Under the pieces are notes generated by a model, which worked only from the letters and a program-made list of their open reading frames with translations, ran no database searches and was not told where the DNA came from. From NCBI GenBank assembly GCA_038087875.1, contig CM075987.1, positions 19,408,001-19,472,000 on the forward strand: 64,000 bases of DNA. Direction: 5' to 3'. Positions 22,926 through 35,228 of the stretch are shown here, one piece after another (positions within the stretch are counted from its first letter, which is position 1; every line of letters begins with the position of its first letter). Source of the DNA: Malacoraja senta. Taxonomy: Eukaryota. Both the position numbers and the translations under genes were made by a program.

Positions 22926-23094
22926 TGATGTTCTTCAGCACATTCTTTTGCGAACGGCCAGATGTTAAATGAATGGACCAGGTGAACATGGCCACACCAG
23001 CCAATCAGTATTTGTACCTCACACTCATACACCCCATCACACCCTCACGCACGTCCGACTGCTGTAAGTCAGACCCATTTTTCACAGCTTGTAA

Positions 23095-23826
23095 CAGGTG
23101 CGGAACTCCCGGGGGGGGGGGCAGGGGGGACATGTCCCCCCTCTGTTTTGAGAGGTGGGGAACATCCCCCCCAAGTTTTTGTAATCCGGATTTTAAAACC
23201 CGGTGAAATCTCCGCTTTCCGCGAGACAGTGGGGGTGGGACTGCTGATCGAGGGCGCCAATTGGACGAGAGAGACGTCGGTCAGCAGGCAATGGGGGCGG
23301 GACATGATGATTCAGCGTGATCATTGGAGGAGGGAGGAGTAGGGGGGGATGGGACTGAGGATAGAGTGCGGTGATTGGAGGAGGGAGACGTGGCACAGAC
23401 CTGCGCCTCGTCCGCAGGCAGGATCGATCCTGGCTCACCGGCCCGGTCCCGTCCGTACCCGAGTGCCCCCCCACGGGTGGCCAGAGACGTCGGGAGTCAG
23501 ACGGGAGCTGTACCCCCAGGCCCACAGCCAGCGCAGAGAAGCAGCGCTAAACCCAGCTCAACTCTGCCTGTCCCGCCAGGTTAACCTACAGCCCTGCCTG
23601 ACTTGCGGGAAATATGGCCAGCGCGGAGAAGCAGTGCTGGTGTCCCGTCAGTCCAGGCAGGGCTGTAGGTTAACCCGGCGAGACAGGCAGAGTTGAGCTG
23701 CATTTAGCGCTGGATTGAGCCTCCGAAGCCTCGCGCATGTGTGTGAGTGTGCGCATGCGCGCTTGGCCGTCAAACAATTGTGTCCCCCCTGTCCCCCCCA
23801 TATTTTGATTGCGATTTCCGTGCCTG
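23095..23826. mobile_element. GC-rich non-autonomous hAT-like element
   Basis: Termini CAGGTGCGGAACTC and (reverse complement) CAGGCACGGAAATC, with subterminal ggggggcagggggga / tccccctgtcccccc. Flanks cttgtaa and cttgtac(a) form an imperfect TSD. Confidence 0.7.
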
Positions 23827-23896
23827 CTTGTACATGGTTACTTATTCAACTGTGACAGCATATCACCTGATCACACAGCACGGCTCCCACTGACAC

Positions 23897-24180
23897 TTGG
23901 AAACGCAAGAAACTGCAGATGCTGGAACCTTGAGCAAAACCCACTGTGCTGAACTCAGTGGATCAGGCGGCATCTGTGGAGGGAAATGGACAGACAACGT
24001 TTTGAGTTGGGACCCTTTTTCAGTCTGTCTGTCCATTCCCTCCACAAATACTGAAGACGGGAGTCTGAAGAAAGGTCCCGACTGAACCTTTCAATGTTCT
24101 CTAAGGATGCTGCCTGACGCGCTGTTGCCCCAGCACTTTGTGTCTTTTTTTCATAAACCAGCATCTGCAGATCCTTGTTC
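23897..24180. repeat. Inverted pair of Penelope-pLTR-derived repeats
   Basis: ctgcagatgctggaa..ctcagtggatcaggcggcatctg on the left is mirrored by gatgctgcctga..cagcactttgtg..ccagcatctgcag on the right. Same arrangement at ~3600-3790, 26365-26585, 28760-29000, 39640-39825, 44835-45030 and 50340-50540. Confidence 0.7.
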
Positions 24181-24701
24181 CTACTCTCCACAGATACTGC
24201 CTGAGTCCCTCCAGCACGGCGTGTCCCACTGACACTTGCCCCTCACGAGCAGTTCAAGGGGAACACAACTGGAAACTATGGGGTGGGGTGGGACTGCAGG
24301 ATAATAGGTGCAGTTGCAGGGACAAGGACCACAGAGGAGACGGTGCGCACTCTCCAGAGTTCTGTCGTTCATCGCTGTTCCCCAGTTCAGCCTTGCTCAT
24401 GGAGCCCATGTCATTGCCCAACAACACATCATCACTTCAGGAGGTGCAATGGCGGAATGTAGCAATTCCTGCAGTGTCACAATCACAGAGCTACTGGTTC
24501 GAGGGATAAGGGATTTGAAGATGCATTTATTAATCTTGCCCATGAGTGTGGAGTAATTGAAATTCTTAGAGCCTTGAAAGCAGCTCAGTCCCAGCAAGGC
24601 TACAGAGCCATCGCCCTCACTCCCTCATCATTTTCCAGCATCTGGATGGTAGGACCTAGGTTCCCTCTACTCTGCAAAAGTGTCCAGAACAAAGGCCTTA
24701 A

Positions 24702-24995
24702 GGGCGGCACAGTGGCACAGCTGGTAGAGTTGCTGCCTCTCAATGCGTGAGACGTGGGTTCGATCCTGACCTCAGGTGCTGTCTGTGTGGGATTTGCACT
24801 TTATCCCTGTGATTGCATGGGTTTCCTCACATTTCAAAGACGTGGGGGTTTGTAGATTAAATGGCCTCTGTAAATTGCCGCTAGTATGTAGGGAGTCGAT
24901 GAGAAAGTGGGATAGCATGGAACTAGTGTGAACGTGTGATCGTTGGGCAGTGTGGACTCAATGGGCCAAAGGGCCTGTTTCTAACACTGTATTTC
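24702..24995 (+). mobile_element. Near full-length tRNA-derived HE1-like SINE
   Basis: A-box-like gtggcacagctggtag, B-box GGTTCGATCC, central body, and CR1/HER1-like 3' tail gggccaaagggcctgtttc. Confidence 0.85.
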
Positions 24996-27847
24996 AAAAT
25001 TAAACAATGCCTAAAAACATCTTCTGTACCGTTCCATTTCTCACTGTTTCCCAGCCCAGCTTGCCTTGCCTCTGCTCGAGCCTCTGCTCGAGCCCCTACA
25101 GATCGTTCCTTCAGAAGTTGTGGGGACATTCTAAGCAGCAGAGACAGGGTTTAACTTAAAGGAGAAACTACTGGAAATGCCCGGCCAGTTGAGCAGCACC
25201 TGCAGAGAGAGAAAAACAAAGCTAAAGGTTTTGCTGAATTACTTTTAACTCTGTTTCTCACTCCACAGATGCTGCCTGACACACTGAGTATTTCCTTTTT
25301 TTTCCTGCACTTGTTTCAGATTTCCAGTATCTGCAGTTTTTCTTTGCTTTGCAATGATGTTATCTGATGTTAACACTCCCAAAAACAGTTCCTTGTTGAA
25401 ATAGCCAGAAAATGCACAGCTTGCTTCATTGCACAGGAAGCTATAATCATAATAATTGATAGATGATACACTGATGGAATTACACTCCTGCACTACCATC
25501 CCCTTTGTCGCTTTTGCTTTAATCTTCTCAGCGATATGCGCTACTAACATCCTATTCTTGCAGTAATAACAAGGTGCGGTAATGAATGGGAAATGGGCTG
25601 ATTACAGAGAAAAACGAAATAAGCCTGGAAGGCAATGCCGGGGTTAAACAGGACCTCTTGATACAAAATGACACCAGCTGCAGGAAGGTTGAGCAGTGGG
25701 TGTGTGAGGGGAGGGACGGTGCGCTCGGGGGTCGATGTGGCTCGGCGGCTGATGCAGCGGGTGCTACTGTGGCACCCACTGCATCAGCCATTGCAGAGGT
25801 TATTAAATCTGCAGGCCTGGAAGGTTGCACCCATAAAGCCTGATCACATCAGTAAATATTTCTGGCAACAGCATCTATTCTCATTTTTACACTATTTTTT
25901 AACATGGAATAGAAATATGCCAAGGTGCTTCAGAGATCAGCATTGGAATTTCTGGGTGCCAGTATTTAGTCCTGAGTTTAATAGCAATATAACTGTGTTC
26001 CAAAGACATGATCCTTCACCCAGGGGCAATGTAGTTGCATTAGTACTGAAATGGACTGGCACAGATGTGTGGAAATCAATCAGGAGTGGGCAGTTTCAGG
26101 AGATTGCCTATTGATTTTTCTGCAGATAGTTTAAGCTCCTGTCTATTAGTGTATGCAGTTAATGTGATTACTCAAGTCAGTAGAAGGACAAAGTTGACAA
26201 CCAAACTAGGAATCATGAGAGGAGCTCAAAGAAGTTGCAATTCCAGTGCTTAATTCCTGAAAATAGTATAATCAAAGGTATTTGAAAGATCATATTTCTA
26301 AATTGCTGTCCCTTCATATTTGGGTGTAAGTCTGGGGCACACAGATCAATCTTCTACTTAAGGGAGACACTGCAGATGCTGGAATCTTGAGCAAAACACA
26401 AAGTGCGGGAGGAATTCTGCTGATCAGGCAGTATTTGTGGAGGGAAAAGGACCGACGACGTTTTGGACAGGACCCTGTTTAAGACTCAAGGGTTGGAAGA
26501 AGGGCTACAACCTGAAATGTGTCTGTCCATTCCCTCCACAGATGTTGCCTGATGTGCTGAGTTCCTCCAGCACTTTGTGCATTGCTTCTACCTTAGGGAA
26601 ATGCATTTGCGTAAGCTCAGCTATGTTTTATGCTCCTTCCACCCAATGCATCCGCACCCCCAGACCCCATTCTACCACATCCCCAGACACAAGAAGAAAG
26701 AGAGCACTGGACAATAATGGGAAGGGTGCCAACTGAACCTATGGGGTAGGACGCAATGACTATGAAGCGAGCACTGTTTAAACAATGTGGGAGAATGTCT
26801 GTCATAATGCAGCTTCTGCTTTATGCTTCAATTATTATCGCAGGACCATTAAGACCATTTATTTAATGAGCAATCATAAGCCTATACTCCAGATTTATGT
26901 CGCTCTTTGCAAAGCTGTGTACAAACTCTGTCTATAACAGAATGAAGAACGTTATCGTGTGTGCTCAGCCGAGTCTGCACTGCTTTAAGAGTTTTGAACA
27001 AAGCAACCAATCTCCTCCCGGCCACAGCAGCAGACAATTTATCCCCAGGATATAAACAAACATGATTACATCTTGATGCTCTTCAGCAGCTCAATGTTAC
27101 AACCGTGGAACTAAATAGATAGACCAGGAATTTAATTATTCCAATATTAATTCTTGTATTTCAAAGGACAGACCAGACTCACATGAAAATTATTTGGGTG
27201 TGTTGTGGGGAGATTTCATAACTGCATACTCCCTTGATTGTGGAATGTTAAAGGGAATATTTTGATCAAGGTATTTGAAATATTAATCAAGGAGCCAGGG
27301 TAGGTGAAGTCAAGAATGAAGGACAGTACAGAATTAGATTAGACCTTTTACGAGAGAAAACAGGTAAAATTTATTTCCTCATGATGTTCTTTAAATAGCG
27401 ACCATCTGAGGTTAAGGTCCATCTGAGATATCGGATACACTATGCCTTAGTGATGCATCCAAAAGAAAGCATCTTCCTCAGTGTAGCATTCGCTCAAAGC
27501 TTCACCAATGATTTAGCTTGACTTTTCAGCTTACGTCTCTTCATTAAGAGGGACGTCCAACCATGGTAACCTTGGTCCAATGGGTAAACCAACCGTCTTG
27601 CTGAATATGTTTAGAAGTGGTGACTGTGTTGCAATGACAACGTCTTACAGCATAACCCCTCTGTGCTAAACTGAGACAAGATAGCAAAATAGCAAGCGGT
27701 AAAGTGTGGGACATATAGCAGTGCCAATCAAGTATGGGGCTCTGATACACCAATAACACATGGTTTATATCTTGTTTCCCCTTCTGTCGAATGATCATCT
27801 TTGCACCATTAGTAGGTCTGGCCCACCAACTCCCTAGAACTCCACTT

Positions 27848-28211
27848 ACCTAAGATTGTTAAGGGCTTGGACACACTGGAGGCAGGAAACATGTTCCCGA
27901 TGTTGGGGGAGTCCAGAACCTGGGGCCACAGTTTAAGAATAAGGAGTAAGCCATTTAGAACGGAGACGAGGAAACACTTTTTCTCACAGAGAGTGGTGAG
28001 TCTGTGGAATTCTGTGCCTCAGAGGGCGGTGAAGGCAGGTTGTCTGGATGCTTTCAAGAGAGAGCTAGATAGGGCTCTTAAAAATAGCGGAGTCAGGGGA
28101 TATGGAGAGAAGGCAGGAACGGGGTACTGATTGTGGATGATCAGCCATGATCACATTGAATGGCTCAAAGGACCAAATGACCTACTCCTGCACCTATTGT
28201 CTATTGTCTAT
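27848..28211 (+). mobile_element. CR1/HER1-like LINE 3' end
   Basis: SRTWGHSLRI..FRTETRKHFFSQRVVSLWNSVP..FKRELDR (CR1 ORF2 C-terminus) and (ctattgt)n tail; closely similar to 58089-58460. Confidence 0.88.
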
Positions 28212-29245
28212 ACACCAAACCCATTGACCACAGCTGAACAAAGGTAACTGTTTAGGACTCAGTCCTGTGTGAGTCAATATTACACCCAGAGAAGAGGACA
28301 CAGGCTTTGCAATGTGTGGCTCACTTCCTAATTCACCAAAGTATTTCTACCAACCGCAGGCTTCATGCCACGAATGTACAAGGATGAATGCAACTCTGAC
28401 AACACTTAAAGTTTGATAACATCCACAGCAGAGAAGTTGACTTTGTACTCTGTCAACAGAGCATTGCGGCCATATTAAACAAAGTCAACAAAATGCATAT
28501 CAACTATTTCCCAAGATGACTTTGACAACAACTCCCTTCTCTGCGATTTCAATACCGACAGGGCCACCACCTTCCTGACTTTGTGGGTTCATTATCCATT
28601 AATGAATATTAAATATGAGATAATAGATTTTGAGACAGGTCATGTGTAAGGGATGCGAGATAAGGATGGAAACGTGCACTTGATCCTTGTGGAACTTGAA
28701 TACACAAATTGAATGCCATACGATCTACATTATAATGTTGACCAAAGTTCAAAAATACTTACACAAAGTGCTGGAGGGACTCAGAGCGTCAGGTCGCATT
28801 TGTGGAGGGAAATGGACAGATGACGATGCAGGTTGGGGCTCTTTTAGATTGGGAAGGGCACTGACCCAAAATGTCACCATTCCAGGTCCTGACCCAAAAT
28901 GTCCTCAGACCATTCCCTCCACAGATGCTGCCTGACTCGCTGAGTTAATCTAACACTTTGTGTATTGCTCAAGATTCCAACATCTGCAGTTCCTTGTGTC
29001 TTCAAAAGTACTTGGTCGACTGGCATCCTGAGATTGTTAAATGCTTTACATGGGCAAGTTTCTCCTTTCTAATCCGCGATTGATTTGTAGAGGATCCTGG
29101 AATTTCCCACTCCAAGTGACCACAATCAGCAAAAAGGGTTCAGGACAAAGATCCTCCACCATCTTTGCAAATGAGGTACAGTGTAAAGCTTTGTTTTGCA
29201 TGCAATCCAAACAGATCATATATACCATTCGTAGAATTCAAATCA

Positions 29246-29930
29246 AATAATAATAATAATAATAATAATATCTTTTATTGTCATTGCACGTCAGTGCAAC
29301 GAGATTTAGTATGCAGCTCCACCGATGTACAAGAAAAGTAAAATAAATAAGCAAGCAAGCTGAGTGACATGACCATCCGAGGGAGACTGTCCAGGGGGGG
29401 TGGGTGGGGGGCACTCAGCAGGGCCGGTTCAGAGCCGCTATAGCTCTTGGAATAAAGCTGTTTCTGAGTCTGGAGGTTCGGGCGTAGAAGGCCTTGTAAC
29501 GTCTGCCGGAGGTAAGTAGTTCAAACAGTCCGTTACAAGGGTGTGATGAGTCCTTATGGATGCTGACGGCCTTCCTGAGGCACCGTGTGTGGTAGATGCC
29601 CTCCAAGGCTGGTAGCTCTGTCCCAATGATCCTCTGCGCTCTGTGGACGACGCGCTGAAGAGCTCTCCTCTCCGCCTCCGTGCAGCTGAGATACCACACA
29701 GAGATGCCATACGTTAATATGCTCTCTGTGGTGCAGCGGTAGAACGTTGTCAGCAGCTGTTGGGGCAGACCAGTCTTTTTTAATGTCCTCGGGAAGAACA
29801 GTCGTTGCTGTGCCTTCTTGACCAGCGCAGCGGTGTTGTTGGACCATGTGAGGTCCTCTGAAATGTGAGTGCCCAGAAACTTAAAGCTGGACACTCTCTC
29901 CACACTTTCCCCGTAAATGGAGATTGGGGA
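29246..29930 (-). mobile_element. Young 5'-truncated Rex/Babar-like LINE
   Basis: VERVSSFKFLGTHISEDLTWSNNT..KKAQQRLFF..FYRCTTESILTY..RLRNSFIPRAI, open to the stop. 3' hairpin cgttgcac-tgac-gtgcaatg, then acaataaa and a (TAT)n tail. Confidence 0.88.
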
Positions 29931-30385
29931 ACTCAAGTAGAATGGATAGGACAAAGGGGAAGATACAGAGTGCAGAATATAGTTCACAGCATTGTAGCAC
30001 ATCAATTTCATAGACAAAGTCCAATGTCCACAATGGGGTAGAGGTGATTCAGACAGTACCCTAGCTTATCAGAAGCCTGATGGAGAAGAAGCTATTCCTG
30101 AGTCTGATGGTGTGCACTTTCAAGCTTCTGTACATCCACCAGACAGGAACAGGGTGAAGGAAGAATGACCAGGGTGGGACAAGTCTTTGATGATATTGGC
30201 TGCTTTTCCAAGGCAGCGTGAGGTGCAAGTGAAGGTAATAATCGGGAGCCTGGTCTGTGTGATGGACTGGGCTACATCTACAACTCTCTGCAGTTTCTTG
30301 CTGTCTGGGGCAGACTGTTTCCAAACCAAGCTGCAATACAAGCCAATAGTATGCTTTCTGTGGTGCATCTGTAGATGTTTATAAG
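29931..30385 (-). mobile_element. Older Rex/Babar-like LINE fragment, host of the previous insertion (tail continues at ~29170-29245)
   Basis: KKLQRVVDVAQSITQTRLP..SRCLGKAANIIKDLSHPGHSSF, frameshifted. Confidence 0.7.
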
Positions 30386-30659
30386 AGATTGGATCTCAAC
30401 TGCAATTCTGATCTACGTAGGAACAGCACATACAACATTATCAGATCTGAAAGTCAAGTTGTTGTTCAGCAATAATCATAGATTATAAACCCTGATGATG
30501 AGTTTCTGGCCTGTTCCATGTGTCTAACCAATGCTTTTTTTGTGTGAAGGTATGTGCCGGTTTGGCTTATCAACATCTCAGAAAAGTTTAAAAACACAAT
30601 TTTCATGATCTTGATTTGATACCAGTTGAATTTAGTTATTAATAGATTGATCGATTTAA

Positions 30660-30952
30660 TTGATTGAAGGATACAGCAGCATGGAACCAGGCTCTTTGGA
30701 CCATCTGGTCCATGCCGAACAGCTGTTCACACAAGTTCTATGTTATCCCACGTTTTCGTCCACTCTCTGCACACTAAGAGCAATTTACAGAGGCCAATTA
30801 ACCTACAAACCCACGTTTTCGGGATCTGGGAGGAACCCACACAGTCATAGGGGGAATTGTGCAAATTCCACACACAGATAATGTCAGGATCGAACATGAA
30901 TATCTGGCGCTGTGAGGCAGCAGCTCTATCAGGTGTGCCACTGTGCTGCCCT
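30660..30952 (-). mobile_element. HE1-like SINE
   Basis: Reverse-complement match to 24702-24995. Confidence 0.72.
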
Positions 30953-32999
30953 AATTTTGACCAATTGGTTTATTGGTCAAAAAAACAAATTGGAAAAGGG
31001 GAATATATAAATGGATAAAAATTGTTGATAAATGTAGCATAATTTTAGTTTAGTTGAGAGATACAGCGCAGAAAATTGATATTTGCACTGGCATCTTTTT
31101 GTCAACAAATCATTAGTAATCATTCAATATTGTGTGACCTAGAACTGGGAAGATAAGCAATTCTAAGTAGGGTTGGATAAATTTACATTTTTTACACTGC
31201 AGCAGACAAAATCATCAAAAGTGCACCAGGAAACACTGATTTCGCTAGAAAATGAAGCATTTTCTTTTCCGAGAGATTAATCTGCTTGTTAGCCATCAGC
31301 GATATGACCGTGTTGTTGCTGACATATAGAAAAGGAAAGATAAGGGAGTTTGCAGCACTTCATTTAACGCAGGCTCACACTGACAACAGGCAGAGCACGG
31401 AGAAGATTTCCGAGTATGTTTGCAGGACTCAAAAGGCCTGAGCTAGAGGGTGAGGTTGGGCAGGCTAGGACTTCATTCATTTGCCTGCAAGATTTTTCTT
31501 CCTGGTAATGCTGCCAACTTTGCTGTATCTCTAGAGGTTTGATCTAACATCTCCTTTGCATTTATAGTTAATGCATTCATCCCAGGGATTGAAAATAAGT
31601 CTTATCTTATGGAGTTGTATAAGTTCATGAGGGGAATATACAGAATGAAAGTCAAACTCTCTCGAAAGGCGATAACATGTGTTGTTGGGCAAAATACAAA
31701 TATCAAAATGGGACATTATGACTGGATACCGAGTTCTTTCCCAAACTAATGTAATTGGATCTCTTACATCCATCTGAGAGAGCTGATGTGATTCAAGTTA
31801 ATGTCTCTCCTGGATTATGGCACTTCCATCAATATTGCTCTCCCACAGCAAGGTACTTACTGGTGCGTCAACCTAAAACCCACACATGCTGTCATCTGTT
31901 CAGTGGCGATTCGACAACTGCAATCTAATGCTGAATTCCTCTGGGGGTCCAATGATAAACCGCAGTGTTGTGACAACTCCTCAACACAGGGTGATTCACT
32001 CATCATCCTACACTGGGTTTCAGCTGACAGATTTGTGGGAGAAGTATTAGTATTTTAGAATATTTTAAATGATGTTAGCTATTTTACCTTTTAGCTGTAA
32101 ATCATGTACTCTGATCGACAGACCCATGCAGGGGTATTGAGTGTTTAATTGTCGTTGACAATTCAGCTATTTTTTAGGATGGACCTGTATTAACCTCTTC
32201 ATCGCAGACGTGTTGGGACTTATGCAATCAAGGCTCTGCCAAGACTCGAACTCTCACCTCCACCTTCCTCCATGATCTCCAAATAGGGTTAGTTTCCAAA
32301 ATCTCAGAAACCAGTAAAGACTGAGTGGCCTGGTCATAGTCACATCATTATAAGTGGACGCAAGCTAAACAAAAACGGACCACTGTCTCTTCTATCACGT
32401 AACTATGCTGAGGGTATATTTACCACTGTAAGAGATGTGATTTTTAAAGCAGCCTAATAGTCTATATGTGGGTGGATTCCTTGCACATGCTCAAATAATC
32501 TGGTGAACAGAGGAATTCGAGTCACGACCGATTATTATGCTGTGCAGATTGAACTTCCACAAGAGGAGGAAGTGAACAAGTTTCAAGGTCTGTTCAATGG
32601 CATGTTTTGAGGTGCAATATTCTGCCTTCAGTGGTCCTCATTTGCAGAAATATTATAAATTCTGATGCAAAGATTAGCCTTTCAAATCTTTAAAATGAGT
32701 CAGCATTAAATATACATTAGCTCTATTTTAAACTCTAGTATAATCCATCATCACACCAGCAGCCATTTCAGGACAGTAATACTCATATCCCACATAGTGT
32801 TACACATCTCCAAGAATAATGGCTGCTAATACTGCCTTCAATATTGTATTACTAATAGTTCCCTGCTTTCCCCTGCATCGTTCCTCTTCTGCAGTTATAG
32901 GATCATGCTGTCTACTTCTAATAAAGTGAAACACTCAAGACTCAGGTCAAGCGACCCAGATAAGTACAGGTAGTTATTTGTCGGCAAGGTTTTACAACC

Positions 33000-33305
33000 A
33001 AACTGGTAGAACTGCTGCCTCCCAGCACGAGAGACCTGGGTTTCATCCTCGGTGCTGCCTGCATGGTGTTTTCCGTGTGTATGTGTGGGTTTCTTCCGTG
33101 TGCTCCAGTTTCCATCCACATCCCAAGAAGTGCAGGTGAGTACGTTAATTGGCCACTGTAAATTGACCCTAGTGTGGAGCTGAGCAGTAGAATCTGGGGG
33201 AGGGGGAGTTGATGGAAATGTGGGGACATAAAAATGGGATTAATGTAGGATTAGTATAAATGAGTGGTGATGGTCTGTGTAGACTTGACGGTTTGCATGG
33301 CTTTC
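33000..33305 (+). mobile_element. HE1-like SINE (degraded)
   Basis: ctggtagaactgctgcctc..gacctgggtttcatcc..ggtgctgcctg..ttaattggccactgtaaattg. Confidence 0.7.
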
Positions 33306-33463
33306 TTCGGCACTCTATTTCAATGTGGATGTTTGATTTGGGAAATCTTTAAGAACTGTTAGAACACAAAGCCACACTTCATTCTTAATTGCCCCCACTA
33401 GCTTATGAGAATCAACACCAACAGTCAACCGAACAGTAGCAGTCAGACTGCAACACATCCTAA

Positions 33464-33864
33464 AGGGCCTGTCCCACTTTACGAGGTAATTCACGAATTC
33501 CCCCGAGTTATTCATGAATTCTCCCAAGTTTTCCCCTTGATTCAAACTCGCAGAATGTTCGTAATGGGTCCGTAGGAGTCCTTAGATATATCGTAACGGC
33601 TCGTTATGCCAGCCGTAGGTACTCAGGGCATCAGGTAATTCGGGACGTTTTTTCCAGCCTGATAAAAAATGTCCACGAGAAAAAAAACGTCGGTAGGATG
33701 CCCCGAGTACCTACGGCTGGTTTACGATATATCTACAGACTCCTACGGCCTCCTACGGACCCGTTACGAACATTCTGCGAGTTTGAATCAAGGGGAAAAC
33801 TCGGAAGAATTTGTGAATAACTCGGGAGAATTCGTGAATTACCTTGTAAAGTGGGACAGGCCCT
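33464..33864. mobile_element. Fold-back PIF/Harbinger-like MITE
   Basis: TIR AGGGCCTGTCCCACTTTAC extends as an imperfect inverted repeat of ~170 bp; flanks TAA and TTA. Confidence 0.85.
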
Positions 33865-35019
33865 TTACTCAGCACAGACTGGGAACCAAACCCAGTTTGA
33901 GGGGAGACCAAGTAATGCAAATACTCAACAGTATATTCAGTGCTCTCTCCTCCAGACAAAAGAAGATTCTTCTGCAAATGGACATTTGTCATGACACATG
34001 CTGAAGCATTGCAGGCAAAGCTCTAGCATGATCCTCTATCCAATGGATTCTTTTATACCATTTACACAACCCAAAACAATTTACTCTTCAAGTGCAGTCA
34101 ATGCTATAATGAAGGGGAAAATTGCAATGTAAAAGATCACACATTTGGAATGGGGACACTTACTAGATTCATGAACCTGTGATCTTTTAGCAGGACCTCA
34201 AACAGGACTCACTTGTCGCCTGAATCCAATGCCACATTGTCAAAGTTGTCTCTTCAATCCTTCAAAATAATTGGCAAGTGTTTGATGTTACACTGTCATT
34301 GTTGCAGTGTTAGATTAACTTTTTCCAATTATGCTTCTCGTGAGCCTTTGGCTTGAGATCAGAATTTCTAGACCTGTCGCTGTGTTTCCCTTTTATTACA
34401 CAGGAAGAATAAGGGCTGGTATTTCAAATTCCAAGGCCACAACAGAGCAATTCCTAATCTACACATCCAGTATCTGATACTCTCTTCCTTTCAGCGAAAA
34501 TAATGTCAGTGTTACCACTGGGGATCTTCCTCTTAAGTTATTTGTGTCCAAAAGAGAGGTTAAGGGAAAATGGAAAGAGTCCAAAAGAGAGGGGCAAGGA
34601 AGGGAAATGGAACACATGTTTTGAGTATCATGTCAAAGCTAATTCTAACATTTCTGTTGCAAGATATCCAGATCAATTCAGTATTTTCTATTGATGTAAC
34701 TAATATCCACACTTACACACTTATCAACCTGATCGATAACAGGGCAACCTCCCATTTAATTCTTGACCATGGAATAGATGGATCATGACTGTTCTGTATT
34801 TTATACCTCATCCACCCAACTTTGATTCCACATTTATTTTTGCCATTTCCTAACTAAAGCCTACCACTTGTGTTAACATTTAAATTTCCTGTGGTTCCAT
34901 GTTTCTACAGCACTTGTTGTGTGAGCAGATTAAAAATGACTAACATTCTTTGTAGTGAAATGTTCAAGGTTTCCAACAACCTCGGATTTAAGGCATCCTT
35001 GCTGACATCACCCTCCAAA

Positions 35020-35228
35020 GAACATTGACTTCTCCAATTTCCAGTAGTCCTTGCTTTCTCCCTCCTTCCCAGCTCTCCCACAGCCTACTGTCTCTGCCTC
35101 TTCCTTTCTTCTTCCCGCCCCCCCCCCCTATCATCAGTCTGAAGAAGGGTCTTGACCCGAAACGTCACCTATTCCATCGCTCCATAAATGTTGCCACACC
35201 CGCTGAGTTTCTCCAGCATTTGTCTACC
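35020..35228 (+). mobile_element. Penelope 3' fragment with hammerhead-like motif
   Basis: NIDFSNFQ* ORF end, then CTGAAGA-a-GGGTC-tt-GACCC-GAAA-cGTC (35139-35166) and the same tail as 21218-21320. Confidence 0.8.

Noticed and set aside
24702..24775. tRNA gene
   Set aside because: A/B boxes are present but the sequence continues into a SINE body and LINE tail, with no full cloverleaf.
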